DNA of 58,939 bases, counting the filler, from Asterionella formosa (Eukaryota), in assembly GCA_002256025.1 (NCBI GenBank). It is 4 parts of 4 records of this genome, joined end to end, with 100 filler letters (N's around TTAATTAATTAA, not from the genome) between each part and the next. Parts side by side here need not be neighbours in the genome. Positions count along the whole stretch, not along the records: positions 44,289 to 58,939 come from NKIB01005868.1; 3 more parts are not named here. One strand, given 5' to 3'. Positions 49,766-58,939 of the stretch are shown here, in pieces. The notes under the pieces were generated by a model. The model saw only the letters and a program-made list of their open reading frames with translations, had not been told where the DNA came from and did not search any database. A program made the translations under genes and the position numbers. Positions within the stretch are counted from its first letter, which is position 1, and each line of letters opens with the position of its first letter.

Positions 49766-49941
49766 TAAAAATGTAGCCTTGACAAGAATCATCTCCTCAC
49801 GACGCGATGCGGGACCAGGCTACACCTTTCACTTCAAAGTCCAGCAAAGTATGATGTTGCAACATTCGTCCATGCTAGTATAGTACTGGTACCGGTATTC
49901 CACTATATATATCTATTTCCTCCAACTGTTTCCATTTCGCG

Positions 49942-52900
49942 ATGCGCACCAAGACGAAATCGATCGAAAAGGGTGATGATTCTATAAAGTTGGGCGCTCG
50001 CACAGTTCCAGTTTACAATGAGGACCAGGTATGTTTTGTTTGCTTGCTGCATGCTTTGGTGTCGTGCTTGCTTCCTTGCGAAGCTCGTAGCCACGGAATT
50101 CTCACAATGTTGCATCCATCAGATTTCTCTGGAGCTTGGAATGTCTTACAACCAACCGAAAGTCGACGAAGGATATTCTGACGATTTTAAGTTTACAGAG
50201 CCTTACCGTAAGTGTTTCAGTGTTCCTGGCTATCGCTACATATGTTGACTATATGCACACGCATCTCACGATGCTGCTGCAGCATGCGACTGATTTCTAA
50301 CTCGCTCTCGCGCTTACGAAAAAAACCCGAAAGGCTTCCTCGAAGATTGGTTTCTGACCAAGTCCACGTCCAAAGTGAACCAACGACTCCCTCTCAACCG
50401 CAAATGCAAATTTGACAAGGATCAAATACTATACGGATACCTCCAACCTGTAGATCCAACCAAGGCGAAACCTATTCTCATTCGTATCCGAGCGTTTGAC
50501 CATTGGTCTATTGATCGATCGCCAACGCTCCGTGGCATTTGGGTCCAGAGTAACGGGCCACAAAAGGCTTGGTATTGGTTGCGAACGCCGTGTTCGATTC
50601 ATCCACAGGTATACCTAACTGTCCCCGGCGCTGAAGACGACCGTCCTATGACGTCCTCGCTCCCCTCCATGAAAGACGTGAACCTTTTAATTCGAGCCCT
50701 CTTTGGACTTGTTTCGAATCTAGCTGACGTTTTCTCGGTATCCACAGAGCGGACGTATATGGACGTTTATGTCAAGCGAAAGCCCGCAGATTTATTCACC
50801 ATGTTATCGTCCCCGAATGACGAATTTTATAGAGAGCACTCCCCAAATGGTATTTACCCAAAAAATCCATTCGACTTGGAGCTTCTGGAGAGCTATCCAG
50901 AGTTTTGTCGTTTGCACTTGATTTCATTCCACACCCAACTCACGCCACAAAGCGGATTTATCCAGGGATTAGATGAATTGATTCAAAAAAAGAAATCGCG
51001 AACCAAATGGACGCCAGAGAAATTGATTGCTTCGGCTGAATTGGCAGAACATCGGTCCCAACGCAATTCATGGGGAGGCTTGTATGCCGTTCCAAATGTA
51101 ATCAAACCAAATTGGATTTTAGAAGCGTTTGTGCAAAACACATTGCGACTAAGCCAAGAAGGAGCTGTTGCGGAACCATCGCATAGTGACGAAGATGCCA
51201 GTGTTGAGCAACCGCCTCCAAAAGAAGCTAGACATCATATTGAACTGTTGGAAGACGACAATGACGAAGAACCAGAGTTTACTCCGGAACCGAAACCGAA
51301 ACCGAAATATCACAAGAAGGTGATTCAGAGGCGACCGACCTATGTAGAAGTAACTGGCATTTCAAAATTCAAAAATCAGAAAAAAAGGGTGAGATCGGAT
51401 CAAGGCCGCGGAGAAGAAAATGCAACTGTCATTGTGAAACCAAGCGATCGGAAGAGACAGCAAATATTTTCCTCAAATGAAACAGGTCTTAATCAAGAAG
51501 TGACACCAAAAACTATGAATAATATGGCCTTATCTAATGACCACCACAAACTGCCGCTAGGCAAGCCAAACGCTCAAGTCTTTCTTCAAAAAGATGATGC
51601 AGAACGTGTAGCGTCTGGAGACGAGAGTGAACATATCGAAAATCAAGTAGACTATTCCGAGCAAAGAATGAAGGAAGCATTGGTAAGTTTCCATTTTACA
51701 TGGATTTTAAGTATTTTGGACGAGTCATCATCATTAAACAACGTCCTTTTTTCTAGCTATCCCTGAAGGATGCGATTCAGCCATCACCGTCGCAAGAAAC
51801 AAGTGGCTCTTGGGACCAGTTGAAGTCGTCCAAGTACATTTTTGTCGATTTAGCCTCTGCCGCTGCTGTGTTTGACCGAATGCTAGATAAAAACCTTTCT
51901 TGGGAGTGGAAGCTACTTCTTGCGACGCTTTCAGCCAACGCTTGCATTGATAAGCAAATCGAAATCTCTAAATTGTTTTTCAATCGCAAGCATTGCCCTG
52001 CAAAAATTCTTTCAGAAGACTGGAGGAAGCAGGCACTTCAAGCCATAAAGTTGGCACCGAAAGGACAACCAGGCACGCCTGAATTGTTCGTGGTTGCTCT
52101 TATGGAATACATTGTGCACTGTGAGGTAATAAGTGGATCAAAACTTTTTGATCTAATGAAGATCAAGAGGCAAATCGATTGGGAAACTGGAGTGAAAGAA
52201 ACTATGATAATCGCACGAAACACGGGGCGGGCCAATTTTGTTGTGGTAACTGCTCGCGCGCAAAAGAGAATTGAGGACATCAAAAGTGGGAAAGCAGCTC
52301 AGCAGAAAGAGGAAACGACAAAAGAGTTGTTGGCATCACTCGAACGAAAGCGAAAGAAGCGAGAAGACGACCAGAGATTGAAAGATCAGCAAAAAGAAGA
52401 ACAAAAACAAAGGGATCAGGAACGTCGAGAACGACTTGCGAAGATGATAGCTTCTGGGGCAGCGAAATATGGTGTTCAAGGCAACCCTCTTACTTGTGCT
52501 GCCGGTATTTTATCCACCAATTCTAATTGGGGACAGCTGCCCCGCCAAAGTCATCAAATCGAGTCATTCACGACAACTGACAACCGTACTGGTGGTAGTT
52601 GGAATACTTCTACCCCGCCTGTAGCAGCTGTTGCATCGAAAGGGAGTTGGGGCACAAAAAATAGTGGGGGTATACTTGCACCAGCACCAGGACCGTTGCC
52701 TGGAGTGTGGAGTACAGCTTCCAAAGCTCCATTCGGAAATAGTAATGGTTGGGGCACGTCGAGAAACTGTGCCACCCCGGAAAACTCTAACTCTGCGATG
52801 AAACACTCTGGTAAGCCTGCCGAAAGTTTGCCTGTAACAAATGCCATCCCAACGAAATATGGTTGGGGGACCGGGGCCGCAAAAGGCTGGGGTGCGGCAC

Positions 52901-55900
52901 GTGCAAGTAGCGATATGAAGTACTCCAACTCTCCGAACGCCACCGCTGGATTAGATACGACACCGGCAAGGGCCGCGGCAGACATCTCGTCAGAGTTGTA
53001 CGAAAAATCCACAGTATCTCATGCAAGTTGGGGCGCTTCGTCTGTCAAGGCTACTCCACCAGAATCTCATTTAGCTGTTGACATAGTCAATAAAAAAGGA
53101 GTCCAATCTGGTTCGAATGCTCCGGCGAAAAGTTGGGTTAAGCCTGCCGAAAGGTTGCCTGTCACAAAATCAACCCATGTAGCCAAATCTGGTTGGGGGA
53201 CCAAAAACGCAAAAGGCTGGGGCGTGGCACGTGCAAGTAGCGATACGAAGTACTCCAACTCTCCGAACGCCACCGCTGGATTAGGTGCCGCGACAGACAT
53301 CTCGTCCGATTTGTACGCAAAATCTACAGTATCTCGTGGAAGTTGGGGCGCTTCGTCTGTCAAGGCTACTCCACCAGAATCTCATTTAGCTGTTGGCATA
53401 GTCAATAATAAAGAAGTCCAATCTGATTCGGATGCTCCGGCGAAAAGTTGGGTTAAGCCTGCCGAAAGGTTGCCTGTCACAAATTCCACCCATGTAGCCA
53501 AATCTGGTTGGGGGACCAAAACCGCAAAAGGCTGGGGCGCGGCACTTGCAAGTAGCGATATGAAGTACTCCAACTCTCCGAACACCACCGCTGGATTAGA
53601 TACGACACCGGCAAGGGCCGCGGCAGACATCTCGTCAGATTTGTACGCAAAATCTACAGTATCTCGTGGAAGTTGGGGCGCTTCGTCTGTCAAGGCTATT
53701 CCACCAGAATCTCATTTAGCCGTTGACATAGTCAATAACAAAGAAGTCCAATCTGATTCGGATGCTCCGGCGAAAAGTTGGGTTAAGCCTGCCGAAAGGT
53801 TGCCTGTCACAAATTCCACCCATGTAGCCAAATCTGGTTGGGGGACCAAAACCGCAAAAGGCTGGGGCGCGGCACTTGCAAGTAGCGATATGAAGTACTC
53901 CAACTCTCCGAACACCACCGCTGGATTAGATACGACACCGGCAAGGGCCGCGGCAGACATCTCGTCAGATTTGTACGCAAAATCTACAGTATCTCGTGGA
54001 AGTTGGGGCGCTTCGTCTGTCAAGGCTATTCCACCAGAATCTCATTTAGCCGTTGACATAGTCAATAACAAAGAAGTCCAATCTGATTCGGATGCTCCGG
54101 CGAAAAGTTGGGTTAAGCCTGCCGAAAGGTTGCCTGTCACAAATTCCACCCATGTAGCCAAATCTGGTTGGGGGACCAAAACCGCAAAAGGCTGGGGCGC
54201 GGCACGTGCAAGTAGCGATATGAAGTACTCCAACTCTCCGAACGCCACCGCTGGATTAGATACGACACCGGCAAGGGCCGCGGCAGACATCTCGTCAGAT
54301 TTGTACGAAAAATCCACAGTATCTCATGCAAGTTGGGGCGCTTCGTCTGTCAAGGCTACTCCACCAGAATCTCATTTAGCCGTTGACATAGTCAATAATA
54401 AAGAAGTCCAATCTGATTCGAATGCTCCGGCGAAAAGTTGGGTTAAGCCTGCCGAAAGGTTGCCTGTAACAAATTCCACCCATGTAGCCAAATCTGGTTG
54501 GGGGACCAAAAACGCAAAAGGCTGGGGCGCGGCACGTGCAAGTAGCGATATGAAGTACTCCAACTCTCCGAACGCCACCGCTGGATTAGGTGCCGCGACA
54601 GACATCTCGTCCGATTTGTACGCAAAATCTACAGTATCTCGTGGAAGTTGGGGCGCTTCGTCTGTCAAGGCTACTCCACCAGAATCTCATTTAGCTGTTG
54701 ACATAGTCAATAATAAAGGACTCCAATCTGATTCGGATGCTCCGGCGAAAAGTTGGGTTAAGCCTGCCGAAAGGTTGCCTGTCACAAATTCCACCCATTT
54801 AGCCAAATCTGGTTGGGGGACGGCAACGAAAGGCTGGGGACCAGCACATGTAAGTAGCCATATTTCGCTCTCCAATTCTCCCACCGCGAAAGGCTGGGGT
54901 AAGAAAGCGCTATGTGTTGGGGTAGACATGTCGTCAGGCTTGGATGCCAAATCTAGGCTACACGGCACTAAAAAGACCAATGCTGATGTGCAGGAGTTGG
55001 GGTCACACCAATCAAATTGTGGGCTGAGTACAGCCGGATCACTGACTGTATCTCCTGCATTAGAAGAATGGGAGCAAAAATCTGAGACAAAAAGAAGTCA
55101 ATTCACGCATCAGAAGAAATCCGACTACAGTAGATCGGAAGGCGAAGTTTTTCGAGATAGGGACCAGCCACTGCTACAACATGATATCCGCCGTGGCACC
55201 TATTCCCATTCGAATTATTCAGATAACAATGGAGGCGCGAAATATTCTGGTCGTGGTCAAAGCACAATGTGTGTTAATAGGCCACCCTCGTCATCTCTCC
55301 ACGATGATTACTTTCATAACGATCGCCCTGATTCGTCGTCTCGATCTCGACATGGAAGCAACGACGATGACCTATTTCCCATTATTCGAGCCCCTGCTAA
55401 TCTGCACGAAGCTGGACATGTGGCTCGTCCAGGATCTTCGTATTCGGGAGGAGCTAACTCATCTGACTTCCATGGACTTTTGGGTGAACAAAGAAATGCA
55501 GAGTTGGAGGAGCTAAATCGAAAAAAGAGTTATGTGGGGTCGTCCTCGGCACGTCAACAATCTCTAGATACTCACGTTTCATCCTCGCAATTAAATGCTC
55601 CTCCTACTGGTAGAGGGAGGGGTGCTGATATGAATTTACCTGCTTGGGGCATCCGTCAGAGTGGTGATAACCTTGGAAGTATACCTCCGCCAGTGCAATC
55701 GCCTGTTACCATGCCGGTGCAGGCACCAACGCATTCTACTACAGATCACAATCTGCATAACGATATTGCCACACCTTTGGATTTCCCATTGGGCCGAGGC
55801 CGAGGTAGAGATAGAAATCTTCCTGCCTGGATGACCAATCAGGTGGGGCCGACTGATGTCGATCGACATGTACTGGTTGAAGCTCCAGTTGCTGTCGTGG

Positions 55901-55980
55901 TACAGGCTCCTGCCCATCCCTTGGGCAGTGGTCGCGGTCGTGGACTTACATTGCCAGCCTGGATGACCAACGGCACCTAA
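49942..55980 (+). CDS. ~1914-aa protein: RFTS (DNMT1-RFD)-like N-terminal domain, charged linker, helical/coiled region, WG/GW tandem array, C-terminal GRGRG-x-LPAW motifs. Exons 49942-50028, 50123-50207, 50334-51682, 51757-55980
   Basis: Three GT-AG introns (the first two with CTCAC/CTAAC-type branch sites) give a continuous 5745-nt frame. The spliced N-terminus reads PYRFLEDWFL...ILYGYLQPVD...IRIRAFDHWSID...GIWVQS...AWYWLRTP, matching the RFTS pattern by eye. About 25 WG dipeptides are present. Confidence 0.8.
52813..54900 (+). repeat. In-frame coding tandem repeat: six full units of 315-330 bp plus a partial seventh
   Basis: AAGCCTGCCGAAAG recurs at ~52813, 53140, 53455, 53785, 54115, 54445 and 54760. 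Units are near-identical in DNA, and the 315-bp units lack a 15-bp block (DTTPARAAA becomes GAAT). Confidence 0.95.
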
Positions 55981-56678
55981 CAGTGAATGACATGCGCTAC
56001 CTCGGCTGCCGTTTCTTGACTTGGCCCTAATGATTACCACTTCTACAGTCTGGCACTGACAGGACATTCATTTCTGGAAACTACATTGTGATAATAATAC
56101 TCAACAACCAGTGGACACATCAGGATAGGCAAATCGTTATACATTGTTCAAGTATATGTATGATGATGACTGTCACAAGAGAGAAGCACCTGTTTTTGTG
56201 ATAAAAAATATTTGATCCAATCTCGAAATTGCGAGATGTCTCAAATTCAACAAAATACAAATTAAAAGTGAGCACATGCGTGAGTTTCTATGCCCTCAAG
56301 AGCTTCGATTAAGTGAACTGGTCCTATTGTTGCCACTGTCCTGGTTATAATGTCATTGTTATCAGTATTCTTGATTGGAGTCCATATCCCCTTGCTCACA
56401 ATCCACCTGCACTACACCCTGAGTTGTCCCACTATCAATGCATGTAAAATGTCTGCACTGGTTGCTGACAATACTCTTGGTGTGAGCGCAATGAAGAAAC
56501 TGAGAGCATTGTATCATTCTATGCATTTGTTTGTTAGATTTAACATCACTACAACGCCACAACTGCACCAAACTAAAATACATTAGCTGTTCTTGTGAAT
56601 GAAGTTAACGTGTTCAATACAGACCTTCGATACAGTGATGTCCTTTGTACAATGGCAGCAATGTTTTCCCGACAAAAC

Positions 56679-58166
56679 TCAGTCCACTATCTCTGCCGGC
56701 AGCTCATCATCTCCATCTACGGGACGCAATAAGTTTGGATTTACTGCCAGTCGCTCTCGCAACTGTTGAAATTGATTTCTAATTTCATCGAAAACTTGAT
56801 TGATTTCACCTCCATCACCATGAGGATTGATACGAACTTGTCGTTGAAAGGCGTGAATAGGTTGGGCTCGGTCCATAGCATGGGCAAACAAATGATGCAA
56901 GCGCCCCTGACGGTCTTCGTCTTGGAGTGAAAAGTCTTGGAGGGCAATACCTCGTTGTGAAAGTTCAGTTGAGTCCAGCATGTACCCAGCTGCCCTGATT
57001 TGATCAAAGGCTTGTTGAGAAAAGCTGAAATTTTCGATGTCACCCTGCAATGCCTTGAGTTCATTGTAAAATAACCTAATGTCTACAGAGTTTGGATCCA
57101 ATCCGGCATCAGCCAATGCCTTGAGTTCATCAATAGAATTTTTCATGACAGCCACCATTTTTGTATTGGGCCGAATATAGAAGGCCTTGAAACAGTGCTT
57201 GACTACAAACTCAAACCGTGCTGGTTTCTTCAAATGATCGACACCTCCTCGCTTTTTGATCTCCGCGAATCGCTCCGCCACTGGTACACAACACAACATG
57301 TGATTGGTCATTTGCAAGAGTGAGTTGACAGGCAAATTCTTCACCATGGCATCACAAAAGGCACAGTTTTGATTGGGGGCCTGTTGCCGGGCGAAGACCA
57401 TTCCCAGCTTAGGGCACAATGTCAACTTCGGGTGTGTCAATCCATTCAATTGCAAATGCTTGTTCAAGACGCCGGAAGCCATACCGCCACAGACAGCTCT
57501 AACTAGTCCGCGGTGCATTTGGCCAGAACGGTCATTTGTAGTGGTTCTCGGGTCATACAGCAAGCGTTTGAGCTTTGTTGTGACTATCGTATCACCATTC
57601 CACACCAGCATTTGATTGGCTTGCGGACCTTCATAAATAATGGCCCCACAAAAAGCAAAGCGCAATTTGCGGAAGCGAGATAAAAAAGGAACAATCCGAT
57701 CCGCTGTTGCCGAGTCATAGTCGACCCGAATTTGGACAGCGGTTGACGTTGCGGCTGCTGTTACTGCGGCAGCTGCGATTTCGGGAGGGGCTTGTTTCAA
57801 GAGGCAGTTCAAATAGCAAAACGTCACATTGGGCAGCCGCCGTGCTTGCCGAGCATGAAGTTCCGTCGCACAAAAAACGTTGATGCGAGTGACTTTTGGC
57901 ATGACGCGCTGCAAGAAGTGCCTCGACGACGCTGCTACCTGCATGACATCCTTATAAGGCAGGCATTCCATGACGAGTGCCCAGATCTCATCAGGAAGGT
58001 GAATTTGAAGATCTAGATCACCAACGTGTGCTGTCATGTCCAATTCATCTGACGAAGAGTGATCTGACAATGATGTCAATTCCGCTTGTGTCACAAACGC
58101 GCTTCCATGGTCTAATTTTCGCTTTTTCCACGCTTGATGTTCGTCATTTACGCTTAGAGGGAGCAT
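56679..58166 (-). CDS. F-box domain protein
   Basis: Intronless ~495-aa ORF with F-box LPDEIWALVMECLPYKDVMQVAASSR, an N-terminal KKRK NLS and a downstream C..C (CAFC...CC) cluster. Confidence 0.8.
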   Translation of the reverse strand: MLPLSVNDEHQAWKKRKLDHGSAFVTQAELTSLSDHSSSDELDMTAHVGDLDLQIHLPDEIWALVMECLPYKDVMQVAASSRHFLQRVMPKVTRINVFCATELHARQARRLPNVTFCYLNCLLKQAPPEIAAAAVTAAATSTAVQIRVDYDSATADRIVPFLSRFRKLRFAFCGAIIYEGPQANQMLVWNGDTIVTTKLKRLLYDPRTTTNDRSGQMHRGLVRAVCGGMASGVLNKHLQLNGLTHPKLTLCPKLGMVFARQQAPNQNCAFCDAMVKNLPVNSLLQMTNHMLCCVPVAERFAEIKKRGGVDHLKKPARFEFVVKHCFKAFYIRPNTKMVAVMKNSIDELKALADAGLDPNSVDIRLFYNELKALQGDIENFSFSQQAFDQIRAAGYMLDSTELSQRGIALQDFSLQDEDRQGRLHHLFAHAMDRAQPIHAFQRQVRINPHGDGGEINQVFDEIRNQFQQLRERLAVNPNLLRPVDGDDELPAEIVD

Positions 58167-58939
58167 CGGATGATATTCTAGCGTCGGTACCTGGTAGCAA
58201 GAACTGATCAAGAGGAGGGAAGCGATTAAGGAACCGGATTAGCACTATCTGGCATTTGCTGTGCTCATGAGTTACCGGTACACTCATGAGTCTTGCTATG
58301 CATAGTACCTGGTAGTAGTAATCTATTGTATGGATTTACTGGCCACATCAGTACATATCATGAGTCCCTGGTACATGGTACCGGTACCAGGTACCTGGTA
58401 GCAGGTACGACAGTTGTTGCTTTCTTCGGTTGCTTGGAAATGCGTGCCTGGACTATTATATACGTTGAGACGATAGTAGAAATAGTTGGAGCTGCCTAGC
58501 ACCAGGGTACCAGGGTAGCTACATGGGGTAAGCATGATCAGCAAAGACCGCTTTGCGAACGCACGACTTCCGGTATCATTCGTTCGTCCGCCCCCGTGTT
58601 TTCAAATTGGCTGTGCGTTCTAATAATAACCAGGTACCAGGTACTCCGTACTCCCTGGTACCAGGTACTGCCAAGGTACCATTCCAACCACCCTGGTAAC
58701 GGTGCTGGTACCAGGTACCGTCACGCACAAAAAGTCCCTGGTACTATACACATACATACATGCAAGTTGCGTCAATTCTGCTGAAACTACCGGTAAACGT
58801 TTAGCTATCTTTAGGCCGTTGCTAACGGTGGACCAAAACCAAAACCAAACAGTGTTTAGGTTTCGGTAACCCTAAAAAACGATGCTAACGGGAGTGAAAA
58901 ACCCAACGCAAACGCATTACGTTTAGGGGATTCCGTGCC

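Noticed and set aside
52813..54900. Regular repeat array considered as CRISPR-like or satellite DNA
   Set aside because: No unique spacers. Unit lengths are multiples of 3 and lie in one open frame, so it is a coding repeat.
52554..54980. Series of similar minus-strand ORFs (MTDEAPQLPRDTVDF...)
   Set aside because: Antisense shadows of the coding repeat.
58835..58939. TTTAGG / CCCTAA / AAAACC motifs at the window end as a telomere
   Set aside because: Isolated, non-tandem and in mixed orientation; more likely the subterminal region of a repeat.

Overview
Eukaryotic DNA, most likely from a diatom (inferred from GT-AG introns of about 70-140 nt, CoDi-like Copia elements and secreted multi-SET proteins). 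It is not one locus. Three identical 100-nt spacers (44 N + TTAATTAATTAA + 44 N) join four contigs of steadily decreasing length (14671, 14662, 14655 and 14651 nt), so adjacency across a spacer means nothing. Contig 1 (1-14671) is mostly transposon relics: a PIF/Harbinger fragment, a mariner-type MITE and dispersed repeats. Contig 2 (14772-29433) is gene-rich: two paralogous secreted proteins with four SET-like modules each, a single-chain cyclic-nucleotide-dependent kinase between them, and a CANT1-type apyrase. Contig 3 (29534-44188) holds two Copia elements, a separate RT/RNase H piece, a LINE RNase H region and a Crypton tyrosine-recombinase relic. Contig 4 (44289-58939) carries a Reeler/mucin GPI-type surface protein, a Mutator-like relic with about 195-bp TIRs and a nested Copia piece, an F-box protein, and the most notable gene. 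That gene can be reconstructed from 4 exons (about 1914 aa) and joins an N-terminal DNMT1-RFTS-like domain to a recently amplified WG/GW array of Argonaute-hook type and three GRGRG-x-LPAW motifs, making it a candidate small-RNA-to-chromatin adaptor. A second unusual signal is a pervasive set of palindromic micro-insertions at TA dinucleotides. All family calls come from motif recognition by eye; no searches were run.
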